Positions 17,931-27,030 of a stretch of DNA of 32,000 nucleotides are shown here, piece after piece. The translations under genes were made by a program, and so were the position numbers. The stretch comes from Dickeya solani IPO 2222. GTDB taxonomy: Bacteria; Pseudomonadota; Gammaproteobacteria; Enterobacterales; Enterobacteriaceae. Below the pieces are notes generated by a model. It was not told the origin of the DNA. It ran no database searches and worked only from the letters and a program-made list of their open reading frames with translations. The stretch lies in NCBI RefSeq assembly GCF_001644705.1, contig NZ_CP015137.1, forward strand, positions 3,690,001 to 3,722,000, written 5' to 3'. The first letter of the stretch is position 1. Each line of letters opens with the position of its first letter.

Positions 17931-19490
17931 ATGTCAAATAATAATAATCTTCCGTCCAGTGTTCTGCGTTTCCTTCGCTCTTTGCCTTTTCATTCCTCTC
18001 CCGGTATTACCATGATGGCCTTTCTGGCTGCCTGTAGCCTGATTTTTGTCGCCACAAGTATTTGGAATTTCTTGGATTCCTATCAGCGAATGTTGGTGGG
18101 TGCGGAGAAAAACGTGGTTAACCTGTCCGTGGCGATGTCACGCCAGGCGGAAGATACTTTTGTACCGATTGAAGTGGCGATCGATGACATGCTGCGGGAA
18201 TTGTCACAAACCGGCATGTTGGATTCCACGCGAGTGAAAAGCGTTCTCGATACCCATCGCGCGGTGTTGCCGCAATTGGTGGGGTTCTATCTGTTTGACG
18301 CAAAGGGAAACCTGATTTCCTCCACCGGCAACGGGCCGCTTTATATCTATAATGCCAGCCGGCGTGAATATTTCTCCTGGCTCAGGGATAATAATACCAC
18401 GTCGTTGTTTATCGGTAAGGTTAACGTCAGTACGATAACCCGCCGGCGTATTATTCCGGTGGCTAAACGAATCAATGGACCGAATGGCGAATTCAAGGGC
18501 GTTTTTCTTGCTACTATCGACCACAATTATTTCGGTAATTTCTACAGTTATTTCAGCCTGGATTATGACGGTGTGCTGTCATTGATGAATGCAGACGGTC
18601 ATGCGATTTATCTCTACCCCAATCGCGAACAATATATTAATAGCAATTTCGCTGATGGCGGCCTGTTTGAGAAGTCCCGGCTGGAGCAGGGCAGCGGTAA
18701 CGGTATCTGGCGCACCACGCTGGATAACCGGGTGCGTATTGTCGGCTACGTTAAACTGAAACGCTATCCGCTGGTGGTGGCGGCCAGTCTGGACAGAGGC
18801 GCGCTGCAGACGCGCTGGCTGGCGGAAAACATTTTGGCCATGCTGCTCAATATCATGGTGTTGTTCGCCATGTTTTTTCTGGGCGGCTTCGTTCTGAAAC
18901 AGATCCGGCTGACGGTGCAGAATAAAGATGCGATCAGCCGCCTGCATCAGGAGGAAAGCGATAAGAACAAAATGCTGCAAAAACTGGCGCTGGTTGATCC
19001 GCTCACCAAACTGGCCAACCGCCGGCGTTTTGATCTTTATCTGGAGCAGTCGCTGGCCCGAGCCCGCGAAGAGGGCTGGCCCCTGTCGCTGATTATGCTG
19101 GATGTGGATTTTTTCAAACGTTACAACGATACCTACGGACATGTGCTGGGCGACCGCTGTCTGACTCAGCTTGGCGGCGTGTTGAACGGGTTGCCTTTGC
19201 CTAACGGCGCATTGACCGCCCGTTATGGCGGTGAGGAGTTCACCATTATTTTGCCGGGAATCAACGGCGAACAGGCGGCGGTGTACGGCGAGAAAGTGGT
19301 GGAAGATGTACGCAGATGCGCGGTGCAGCATCAGGCCTCGCTGTTGCCCAGTCAGGTGGTGACGGTGAGCGTGGGCGTATATTCGCACTCCAGCGACAAC
19401 CCCTGCGATATTCAGCGTCTGAAAGAGGGCGCCGATCAGGCGCTGTATCTGGCGAAGAAAAAAGGCCGCGACCGCTGCGTGCGGCTGTAG
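17931..19490 (+). CDS. Membrane diguanylate cyclase: TM, periplasmic Cache-like sensor, TM, GGDEF
   Basis: TM1 MMAFLAACSLIFVATSIW. ~280-aa extracytoplasmic segment. TM2 ILAMLLNIMVLFAMFFLGGFVL. GGDEF domain with DPLTKLANRRRF, MLDVDFFKRYNDTYGH and an active site RYGGEEF. The start is uncertain; ATG 17931 was chosen. Confidence 0.85.
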   Translation: MSNNNNLPSSVLRFLRSLPFHSSPGITMMAFLAACSLIFVATSIWNFLDSYQRMLVGAEKNVVNLSVAMSRQAEDTFVPIEVAIDDMLRELSQTGMLDSTRVKSVLDTHRAVLPQLVGFYLFDAKGNLISSTGNGPLYIYNASRREYFSWLRDNNTTSLFIGKVNVSTITRRRIIPVAKRINGPNGEFKGVFLATIDHNYFGNFYSYFSLDYDGVLSLMNADGHAIYLYPNREQYINSNFADGGLFEKSRLEQGSGNGIWRTTLDNRVRIVGYVKLKRYPLVVAASLDRGALQTRWLAENILAMLLNIMVLFAMFFLGGFVLKQIRLTVQNKDAISRLHQEESDKNKMLQKLALVDPLTKLANRRRFDLYLEQSLARAREEGWPLSLIMLDVDFFKRYNDTYGHVLGDRCLTQLGGVLNGLPLPNGALTARYGGEEFTIILPGINGEQAAVYGEKVVEDVRRCAVQHQASLLPSQVVTVSVGVYSHSSDNPCDIQRLKEGADQALYLAKKKGRDRCVRL

Positions 19491-19536
19491 TCTATTCGTT
19501 TATAGCCCGCCCGGTTATCGTCCGCCCGGTTATGGC

Positions 19537-19569
19537 GCGCTGCCGCGGCTGACCGCCCGGTGGCAGCGC
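19537..19569 (+). terminator. Candidate terminator hairpin after the diguanylate cyclase gene
   Basis: GCGCTGCC...GGCAGCGC stem followed by TGAAATATTTGATT. Embedded among three copies of CCGCCCGGT (19507, 19522, 19553). The T-tract is weak. Confidence 0.3.
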
Positions 19570-19595
19570 TGAAATATTTGATTAGAAAAAATCGC

Positions 19596-19610
19596 TTTAC
19601 CCATTCTTAC
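19596..19610 (-). promoter_or_regulatory. Candidate CpxR box upstream of efeU
   Basis: The minus strand reads GTAAG-AATGG-GTAAA, against the consensus GTAAA-N5-GTAAA. E. coli efeU is known to be CpxR-regulated. Confidence 0.3.
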
Positions 19611-19618
19611 ATTTCTCT

Positions 19619-19637
19619 ATTAATAAGAACTATTATC
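19619..19637 (+). promoter_or_regulatory. Candidate Fur box upstream of efeU
   Basis: ATTAATAAGAACTATTATC matches 13 of 19 positions of GATAATGATAATCATTATC. Lies 84 nt upstream of the efeU ATG. Confidence 0.45.
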
Positions 19638-19720
19638 ATTCTTTATCTGATTTGTATCCCTGCGGCGGTGCATCGGGTTATGCGTGTGCGCCGCCTGGTC
19701 TGTCTGAGGAGTTTCCACCC

Positions 19721-20566
19721 ATGTTCGTTCCGTTACTCATCATGTTCCGTGAAGGGCTGGAGGCGGCGCTTATCGTCAGCCTGATCGCCAGCTATCTGAA
19801 ACGTACCCAACGCGAACAGTGGCTGGGCGCGGTCTGGGCAGGCGTCGTGTTGGCGCTGGCGCTCTGTCTGGCGCTGGGGGTGTTCATCAACGCCACCACC
19901 GGCGAATTTCCGCAGAAACAGCAGGAGCTGTTCGAAGGGATTGTCGCGGTGATCGCCGTGGTGATTCTGACTTACATGGTGTTCTGGATGCGCAAGGTGT
20001 CGCGCTCGGTACGGGTGCATCTGGAAGGCGCTATCGATCAGGCGCTGAGCGCCAGCTCGCGTCAGGGGTGGGCGCTGGTGGCGATGGTGTTCTTCGCCGT
20101 GGCGCGCGAAGGGCTGGAGTCGGTGTTCTTTCTGTTGGCCGCCTTCCAGCAGGATGTCGGTATCTACGCGCCGATCGGCGCCGTGCTGGGGCTGCTGTGC
20201 GCCGTGGTGGTCGGGGTGATGATCTACTGGGGCGGAGTGAAACTGCATCTGGCGCGGTTCTTCAAATGGAGCAGCCTGTTCATTCTGTTTGTCGCCGCCG
20301 GTCTGGCTGCCGGGGCTATCCGCGCGTTTCACGAAGCGGGACTGTGGAATCAATTTCAGCAAATCGCGTTCGATTTCAGCGCCACATTGTCGACCCATAC
20401 GCTATTCGGCACGCTGCTGGAGGGCATGTTCGGCTATCAGGAAACCCCGACGGTTAGCGAAGTGGTGGTCTATTTCCTGTATCTGATCCCGGCGCTGGTG
20501 TTCTTTTTCCTGCCGCAGCGTATGGAGCCGGCCACGGCTTCGGCGTCGCGTAAGCATCATCATTAA
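19721..20566 (+). CDS. efeU: Ferrous iron permease EfeU (FTR1/OFeT family), intact
   Basis: Two REGLE motifs (MFREGLEAALIV and AREGLESVFFL). Seven predicted TM segments. GAGGA lies 10 nt before ATG 19721. Confidence 0.9.
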   Translation: MFVPLLIMFREGLEAALIVSLIASYLKRTQREQWLGAVWAGVVLALALCLALGVFINATTGEFPQKQQELFEGIVAVIAVVILTYMVFWMRKVSRSVRVHLEGAIDQALSASSRQGWALVAMVFFAVAREGLESVFFLLAAFQQDVGIYAPIGAVLGLLCAVVVGVMIYWGGVKLHLARFFKWSSLFILFVAAGLAAGAIRAFHEAGLWNQFQQIAFDFSATLSTHTLFGTLLEGMFGYQETPTVSEVVVYFLYLIPALVFFFLPQRMEPATASASRKHHH

Positions 20567-20608
20567 CCATCATCACCATTAACGATTAATGTAAAAAGGG
20601 ATAGGTCT

Positions 20609-21730
20609 ATGTCTACACCATTCTTCCGCCGTACGGCGCTGTGCGCCGCTCTGTTGACGTTACCGGCGTTCAACGCGCTGGCCGCAGACATTCCGCAGAT
20701 TAAGATCACAGTAAATGATAAACAGTGTGAACCGATGCAAGTCACCGTGGCGGCGGGCAAAACGCAGTTTGTGGTCACCAACGCCAGCCAGAAAAACCTG
20801 GAGTGGGAAATCCTCAAAGGGGTGATGGTGGTGGAAGAGCGTGAGAATATCGCGCCGGGCTTTACCCAGAAAATGACCGCCAACCTGGAACCGGGCGAAT
20901 ACGATATGACCTGCGGCCTGCTCAGCAACCCCAAGGGTAAACTGGTGGTGACCGCCAGCGGTGGTGCCGCCGCCGCGAAAACCAACGTGCTGGATCTGGT
21001 GGGGCCGATCGCCGAGTACAAGGTTTACGTGACCAAAGAAGTGGAAGGGCTGGTACAGCAGACCAAACTGTTCACCGATGCCGTCAAAGCCGGCAAGCTG
21101 GATGAGGCGCGCAAGCTCTACGCGCCGACCCGCCAGCACTACGAGCGTATCGAACCGATTGCCGAGCTGTTCTCCGATCTGGACGGCAGCATCGATGCCC
21201 GTGAAGATGACTACGAGAAGAAAGCCGACGACCCGAAATTCACCGGCTTCCACCGGCTGGAAAAAGCGCTGTTTGCCGATCACGCCACCAAGGGCCTGGA
21301 GCACTATGCGGATCAGCTGTACGCCGATACCCAGGAGCTGCAAAAACGCATCGCCAGCCTGACCTTCCCGCCGAGTAAAGTGGTGGGCGGCGCGGCCGGG
21401 CTGATTGAAGAAGTCGCGGCGACCAAGATCAGCGGCGAGGAAGATCGCTACAGCCGCACCGACCTGTGGGATTTCCAGGCCAACGTTGACGGCGCGCAGA
21501 AGATTGTCAACCTGCTGCGTCCGTTGCTGGAGAAAGCCAATAAACCATTGCTGACCAAGATCGACGCCAACTTCAAAACGGTCGATGGCGTGTTGGCGAA
21601 GTACAAAACCAAAAACGGTTTTGAATCTTACGAGAAGCTGAGCGATGCCGATCGCACCGCGCTGAAAGGGCCGATCACCACGCTGGCGGAAGACCTGGCG
21701 CAGTTGCGCGGCGTGCTCGGTCTGGATTGA
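20609..21730 (+). CDS. efeO: Periplasmic iron uptake protein EfeO (cupredoxin-like N-domain plus M75 imelysin-like domain)
   Basis: Signal peptide ...PAFNALA-AD. Cupredoxin-like N-domain ([27 protein letters not shown]). HYERIEP metal-site block. Sits between efeU and efeB. Confidence 0.9.
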   Translation: MSTPFFRRTALCAALLTLPAFNALAADIPQIKITVNDKQCEPMQVTVAAGKTQFVVTNASQKNLEWEILKGVMVVEERENIAPGFTQKMTANLEPGEYDMTCGLLSNPKGKLVVTASGGAAAAKTNVLDLVGPIAEYKVYVTKEVEGLVQQTKLFTDAVKAGKLDEARKLYAPTRQHYERIEPIAELFSDLDGSIDAREDDYEKKADDPKFTGFHRLEKALFADHATKGLEHYADQLYADTQELQKRIASLTFPPSKVVGGAAGLIEEVAATKISGEEDRYSRTDLWDFQANVDGAQKIVNLLRPLLEKANKPLLTKIDANFKTVDGVLAKYKTKNGFESYEKLSDADRTALKGPITTLAEDLAQLRGVLGLD

Positions 21731-21741
21731 GGCGAGCGATC

Positions 21742-23055
21742 ATGAGCCACACCACGGGCCCGCAGGACGGGCCGCATTCCTCTCAACCTGCTGCGTGTCC
21801 GGCACAGCCGGACATCGCTTCTCCTTCTCGCCGCCGGCTGTTGCAGGGGCTGGGCATGATGGGCGGCGCGCTGGCGCTCGGCGCCGACCGGCTGGCGCAG
21901 GCGGAGGACAAGCCGCAGGCGCCGCAGGATGAACGCTGGGAAAAACAGCCGTTCTACGGTCCGCATCAGGCCGGTATCGTCACGCCGCAACAGGCGGCGA
22001 TGATGCTGGTGGCGTTCGATGTGCTGGCGACCAGCAAGCCGGATCTGACCCGGCTGTTCCAGTTGCTGACTCAGCGTATCGCGTTTCTGACGCAGGGCGG
22101 CAAGGTGCCGGACGCCGATCCGCGTTTGCCGCCGCTGGATTCCGGCATCATGGGGCCGGACATCTATCCGGATAATCTCACTATCACCGTATCGGTCGGC
22201 GCGTCGCTGTTTGATGAACGGTTTGATTTGCAGGCGCTCAAGCCGCTGAAACTGCAACGCATGACCCGTTTTCCCAACGACTCGCTGGACGCCAGCCTGT
22301 GTCATGGCGACCTGCTGCTGCAGATCTGCGCCAACACCAACGAAACGGTGCTGCACGCGCTGCGCGACATCATCAAGCAGACGCCGGACCTGCTCAGCGT
22401 TCGCTGGAAGCGGGAAGGGTTTATTTCCGCGCACGCGGCGCGCAGCAAAGGCCAGGAAACCCCTGTCAATCTGCTGGGTTTCAAGGACGGCACCGCTAAC
22501 CCCAATACCGGCGATAGCGCGCTGATGGACCAGATTCTGTGGGTCGGCGCTCCATCCGGCGAGCCGGCCTGGACGGAGGGCGGCAGCTATCAGGCGGCGC
22601 GCATCATCCGTTTTCATGTTGAATTCTGGGACCGCACGCCGCTCAGGGAGCAGCAGACCATTTTCGGCCGGGACAAACGCAGCGGCGCGCCGCTGGGCAT
22701 GACCCATGAGCATGACGAACCGGATTACAGTCAGGACCCGGAAGGCAAAGTGATTCCGCTGGACGCGCATATCCGTCTCGCTAATCCACGCACGTCGGAA
22801 ACCCGCGCCAACCTGATGCTGCGCCGCGGCTACAGTTACTCGCTGGGGGTATCCAACTCCGGTCAGCTGGATATGGGGCTGCTGTTCGTCTGCTATCAGG
22901 CCGACCTGGAAAAAGGCTTCCTGACGGTGCAAAAACGGCTCGACGGCGAACCGCTGGAGGAGTACATCAAGCCGATCGGCGGGGGGTACTTCTTCGTGCT
23001 GCCGGGGGTGAAACGTGCCGACGACTGGCTGGCGAGCGGGTTGCTGACGGCGTAA
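21742..23055 (+). CDS. efeB: Tat-exported Dyp-type peroxidase/deferrochelatase EfeB
   Basis: Twin-arginine signal [20 protein letters not shown]. Dyp blocks FKDGTANP and RRGYSY...[12 protein letters not shown] lies 9 nt before ATG 21742. Confidence 0.9.
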   Translation: MSHTTGPQDGPHSSQPAACPAQPDIASPSRRRLLQGLGMMGGALALGADRLAQAEDKPQAPQDERWEKQPFYGPHQAGIVTPQQAAMMLVAFDVLATSKPDLTRLFQLLTQRIAFLTQGGKVPDADPRLPPLDSGIMGPDIYPDNLTITVSVGASLFDERFDLQALKPLKLQRMTRFPNDSLDASLCHGDLLLQICANTNETVLHALRDIIKQTPDLLSVRWKREGFISAHAARSKGQETPVNLLGFKDGTANPNTGDSALMDQILWVGAPSGEPAWTEGGSYQAARIIRFHVEFWDRTPLREQQTIFGRDKRSGAPLGMTHEHDEPDYSQDPEGKVIPLDAHIRLANPRTSETRANLMLRRGYSYSLGVSNSGQLDMGLLFVCYQADLEKGFLTVQKRLDGEPLEEYIKPIGGGYFFVLPGVKRADDWLASGLLTA

Positions 23056-23105
23056 GCCGGGCAGGTTTACCAACTGGGTTAATACCTGAAAACAGGAGCG
23101 TCATC

Positions 23106-23333
23106 ATGCTGGAATTACGGCCCAACTGCGAATGTTGCGACGTCGATCTGCCGCCGGATTCATTGCTGGCGCGGATTTGTTCGTTTGAGTGTACCTTCTG
23201 CGCGGATTGCGCGGAGGATAAACTGAGCGGTCGCTGTCCTAACTGCGGCGGTGAACTGGTCCGCCGGCCCATTCGGCCCGCGGAGAAACTGGTCAATAAC
23301 CCGGCGTCGACCCGGCGGGTGCTGGCCCGGTAA
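23106..23333 (+). CDS. DUF1272 Cys-rich small protein
   Basis: MLELRPNCECCDVDLPPDS..ARICSFECTFCADCAE....G.CPNCGGELVRRPIRP is the characteristic DUF1272 cysteine pattern. AGGAG RBS. Only 50 nt after efeB, with no hairpin between. Confidence 0.75.
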   Translation: MLELRPNCECCDVDLPPDSLLARICSFECTFCADCAEDKLSGRCPNCGGELVRRPIRPAEKLVNNPASTRRVLAR

Positions 23334-23460
23334 CGCTTTTCTTTCTACCGCTGTTTTTCTCTACCCCGGTTTTTCTTGTCGGGCGTGCTCAGCTATACAG
23401 GCGGCATGACGGGGCTACCCCGGGAGATGAGGCCGCTGGCGTGGGACAGTGAAGCACGCC

Positions 23461-24174
23461 CTAAGCCGGGTCTATGTTGGGCTGGGGCTCCAGACACAGC
23501 GTCAGGACGTGATGGTCAAAACAGTGGTAGTGACAGCAGAGTGGTTTCCCCTGTGGGTTAGTGGGGCTAAGGGACTGGGTCAGGGTGAGCTGAAGGTACT
23601 GTCGTGACGGCTGCCAGTCGGTTAACTGCGCGCAGGAAAAGTCGAAAATCCGCTGTACGTCGGCGAACAAGGCTTTGAACAGGCTCTCCTTGGCGGAGAA
23701 CAGCAGGGTGCTGGCCAACGTCTCGGCGAGCCCTGTCTGCGCCGCGAGGCGCAGTTCTTGTGGTTTGGCGATCAGTGTGCGCACGCTATCCAACACGCTT
23801 TCCGTCATACACTCTTCGATATCCATCCCCACGCTGTGCAACGCCTGGCGATGGGCGACGACGGCAAACGCCAGTTGGTTGCAGTGACTGATGGAGCCGA
23901 CCATGTTGGCCGGCCACACCGCGTGACGATGGGGCGAAATCGGCAGCGAGTCGGTGATCGCCACTCCCGCCAGCCGCAGCGCCTCGCGTGCGCAGGCGCG
24001 CCCCGACAGGAATTCCACCCGGCGTTTCAGCACGGCGCGGTTAAGCGACGCGGGCAGCGTTAACCCGCTGTTGAGCAGTTGGGTCTGCGCGGCATCGCTG
24101 ACCTCGATCGTCTGGCTGGCGAAGTAAAGATGGCGCCGCAACGCGGGCGGCAACGCCGCAAACAACACAGTCAT
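23461..24174 (-). CDS. 4'-phosphopantetheinyl transferase (EntD/Sfp type, PfaE-like)
   Basis: Motifs VWPANMVGSISHC, VGMDIE and FSAKESLFKA. The ATG overlaps the stop of the upstream adaptor gene (ATGA). Confidence 0.85.
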   Translation of the reverse strand: MTVLFAALPPALRRHLYFASQTIEVSDAAQTQLLNSGLTLPASLNRAVLKRRVEFLSGRACAREALRLAGVAITDSLPISPHRHAVWPANMVGSISHCNQLAFAVVAHRQALHSVGMDIEECMTESVLDSVRTLIAKPQELRLAAQTGLAETLASTLLFSAKESLFKALFADVQRIFDFSCAQLTDWQPSRQYLQLTLTQSLSPTNPQGKPLCCHYHCFDHHVLTLCLEPQPNIDPA

Positions 24175-25100
24175 GGCGCCGCGGCCGCGGTGGGAGCGCC
24201 GGCGGGCGGCACCGTGCCCGACGGGTAGATTTTAACCATTACCCGCTGGCCGAGTTTGATCTTCGGCGCATCCAGCGACAGCACGCATTCAATCACCCGG
24301 GTGTCTTGTTTGGCCGTCGGATCGTCAGTATTTTGCACGCTGGGGCCGAAGACTTCGCTAAGCCGCAGCACTTTGGCCTGATAGACCTTTTTCTCGTTGT
24401 TTTCCAGCGCTACCTCGGCCAACTGGCCGGGGCGCACGTTATCGACAAAAATATCCTCGATTTCCGCGCGTACAATGCGCGGCGCGTCCGGCGCCAGCGT
24501 GAACAGGCGGGTCACATTCAGCGTTGAGGAACCTTCCCCCGGCTTGGCGTATCGCCGTACGATCTTGCCGTTTTCAGGGGCGAGAACCCGGAATTTGTCC
24601 ACTTCCAACTGGGCGGACGCCACCTTGGCTTTGGCCGTTTCCAGCGCGGCTTTTTTGGCGGCCAGATCCTCGCGCGCCAGCGACATCTGGTCCTTCAGGT
24701 TTTGTTTCGACTGATCGGAAATGATCTGGGTGCCGAGCGGCAGTACCCGGCGGTATTCCCGTTCGGCAATCTCCAGCTTGGTTTTGCTGGTGGCGACATC
24801 CTGCGTGGCTTCATCCTGCGAGGTCAGCGACTGCCGTAACGACAGCTCGGCCTCGTTATCATCGATCTGCGCCAGCAACTGCCCTTTTTTTACTTCATCG
24901 CCTTCTTCCGCCAGGATCTGTTTGATGATGCCGGCGCGCGGCGCATCAATGCTGATCATACCGCCTTCGATACTGATGTAGCCCTTGGCGATGGCAACCC
25001 AGGGGGCGGACTGCGCTGCCGGTGGCGACGGTTTTTCGGCGTCGCAGGCGCTGAGCGCCAGGGCTATGACGAGACTACTGGCCAGGTGGATAACTTTCAT
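24171..25100 (-). CDS. HlyD/DevB-type membrane-fusion (periplasmic adaptor) lipoprotein
   Basis: Lipobox VIALALSAC. Barrel-sandwich, coiled-coil and beta-barrel layout (GDEVKKGQLLAQIDD ... LEVDKFRVLAPENGKIV). Overlaps the ATPase stop (ATGA). Confidence 0.85.
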   Translation of the reverse strand: MKVIHLASSLVIALALSACDAEKPSPPAAQSAPWVAIAKGYISIEGGMISIDAPRAGIIKQILAEEGDEVKKGQLLAQIDDNEAELSLRQSLTSQDEATQDVATSKTKLEIAEREYRRVLPLGTQIISDQSKQNLKDQMSLAREDLAAKKAALETAKAKVASAQLEVDKFRVLAPENGKIVRRYAKPGEGSSTLNVTRLFTLAPDAPRIVRAEIEDIFVDNVRPGQLAEVALENNEKKVYQAKVLRLSEVFGPSVQNTDDPTAKQDTRVIECVLSLDAPKIKLGQRVMVKIYPSGTVPPAGAPTAAAAP

Positions 25101-25816
25101 GTCAGTGAAACTCCGTGAAGTGAAGAACCGGAATCATGGGTGATACGGCCATCTTCGATGGTAATAACCCGGTCGGCGTGTTCAATCAGACGGTTATCGT
25201 GAGACACCGCCACCACGGTGGAGCCCTGCTGGTGGGCAATGTGACGCAATGTGTCGATAACAATTTGACCGTTATGCTTGTCGAGCGCGCTGGTGGGCTC
25301 ATCGGCGAACAGGAACTGGCCGTGCTTGACCAACGCACGGGCAATCGCCACCCGCTGCTTTTCCCCGCCTGACAGCTCGGCGGGGTAGAGCGTTTTGCGA
25401 TTGTTGAGTCCCACGGCATCCAGCGTGGCGGACGCCCGCTCTTTCGCCTCCTGCTGCGAAATCTGTTCGCCGTAGGTCAGCGGCAGCATCACATTCTGCA
25501 ATGCATTCAGCGCGCCGAACAAATTGAACCCCTGAAAGACGAAGCCGCAATGATGCAACCTGAATTTTTCCAGATCGCGATCGTGATATTGGGTAATGTC
25601 CTGCCCGTTGATAAACACCTGCCCTGATTGCGGGCGCAGCAGCCCGGACAAGATCGCCAGCAGCGTACTTTTGCCCGAACCGGAAGGGCCGATAATCAGG
25701 GTCAGCTCACCCGCGGCAATCTGCAAATCCACCTCTTTCACGACCGGCTGAACTACCTTGCCGGTCGTGAAGCTGTGGCTGACGTGTCTGGCGTTTATGG
25801 TGATGGTTGTGCTCAT
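25097..25816 (-). CDS. ABC transporter ATP-binding protein (DevA/MacB-LolD clade)
   Basis: Walker A GPSGSGKST. Q-loop. Signature LSGGEKQR. Walker B LFADEPTSALD. H-loop VSHD. Confidence 0.95.
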   Translation of the reverse strand: MSTTITINARHVSHSFTTGKVVQPVVKEVDLQIAAGELTLIIGPSGSGKSTLLAILSGLLRPQSGQVFINGQDITQYHDRDLEKFRLHHCGFVFQGFNLFGALNALQNVMLPLTYGEQISQQEAKERASATLDAVGLNNRKTLYPAELSGGEKQRVAIARALVKHGQFLFADEPTSALDKHNGQIVIDTLRHIAHQQGSTVVAVSHDNRLIEHADRVITIEDGRITHDSGSSLHGVSLT

Positions 25817-25825
25817 CCGCTTGTC

Positions 25826-26953
25826 TCAACGTAACAGGGTGAAAGGTTCAGCGCGGTTCAACGCCCGCAAGGCCATCAGCCCGGATAAGAGCGTGGTGGT
25901 CATCACCAGACCGTACAGGACGATCAGCGCGGGCAACGGCAGCGTGAAGGAGACATACAGCGCTTGTGCGCCGGCCGATAGCGCCAGCGTGATCAGCGTG
26001 GTCAGCAACAGCCCGGTCACGCCAATCCAGAATGATTGTTCCAGCACCACCTTGCGCAGCGCACGCGTGGGGACCCCCATAGCGCGTAAGGTGGCGTATT
26101 CGCGTAGCGCGGAGACAATGGCCGCCATCAGGGTCTGGCTGGTGATGACGATGCCGACGACGAACCCCAGTGTTGAGGAAAACAGAAAGCCGCTGCCTGA
26201 CCCTGACTCGAAGATCCAATAGCCGATCGATTGTTCGGAAAACTCCTGCGCGGTCCAGACCTGGAAGCGGCGATTTTCACCGGTCGGTTGCAGTTGGTCG
26301 CGCACGCGCTCGGCGTCCGCGGGGTTTCTGATCTTGACCAGAAAATAGTCCAGATTGTTTTTCAGCAACGCCGGATCCAGCGTGCGGGCGGTGTACAGCG
26401 AGGTGATGATGTTGACGCCGCCCATTGACCGCATGCCGCTGACCGTCCCCGCGACGCGCACCCGCTTGCCGTTCAGTTCGGTAGAGTCGCCCACCTTCAC
26501 GCCCAGTTTGTCGAGATCGCTGATATCCACCAGCAGATTGCCCGGCACCTGCAGCAGCTGTTTCTTTTCCGGCGTCAGCAGGCTGGCGAACGTCATGGCG
26601 TTCGGCTGCAGGTTTATACCGATAATGACCGCGGAAATCCTGCCGCCGGCAGGTCGCCGCCAGTCGCCCAACGTCCACGACAGCCGCTCGACCGCGGTGA
26701 TCTCCGGATTCATCAATAAGGTGTTTTCAACTTTTTCTGAAATCGGTCTTGGCAGGTCAATGCTTTGTGTATCAGGGAAGCCGACCCAGAGATCGGCGGA
26801 AGAACGGTCAATATAGACACTGACTGCGCCGAACATACCGAGCAACAGCCCCAACTGCACCACCACCAGCAAGCCCGAGAAGGCAACCGCCAGTATTGCG
26901 GGCAGAAAACGCCGCCATTCATGGATGAGAATCGACCGTGCAAGAGAAACCAT
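25826..26953 (-). CDS. ABC exporter permease, FtsX-fold (DevC-like)
   Basis: TM1, a large periplasmic domain, then three C-terminal TMs (375 aa). ATG 26953 is preceded by AAAGGA at 7 nt. The TTG at 26980 in the track is less likely. Confidence 0.85.
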   Translation of the reverse strand: MVSLARSILIHEWRRFLPAILAVAFSGLLVVVQLGLLLGMFGAVSVYIDRSSADLWVGFPDTQSIDLPRPISEKVENTLLMNPEITAVERLSWTLGDWRRPAGGRISAVIIGINLQPNAMTFASLLTPEKKQLLQVPGNLLVDISDLDKLGVKVGDSTELNGKRVRVAGTVSGMRSMGGVNIITSLYTARTLDPALLKNNLDYFLVKIRNPADAERVRDQLQPTGENRRFQVWTAQEFSEQSIGYWIFESGSGSGFLFSSTLGFVVGIVITSQTLMAAIVSALREYATLRAMGVPTRALRKVVLEQSFWIGVTGLLLTTLITLALSAGAQALYVSFTLPLPALIVLYGLVMTTTLLSGLMALRALNRAEPFTLLR

Positions 26954-27030
26954 CACAGAATCCTTTCTGTCTAAATACAAGAATAAACGCAGAGATGCGC
27001 GCGGCTTACAGTTCAGCTTACAATTTTTCA

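Noticed and set aside
19560-19784. 74-aa ORF upstream of and overlapping efeU
   Set aside because: It covers the Fur and CpxR box region and the efeU RBS and start in another frame. It uses a GTG start without an RBS and its AT-rich codons are atypical of this genome.
23376-23561. 61-aa plus-strand ORF in the DUF1272/PPTase gap
   Set aside because: It overlaps the PPTase 3' end in antisense and coincides with the nested inverted repeat. It has no RBS.
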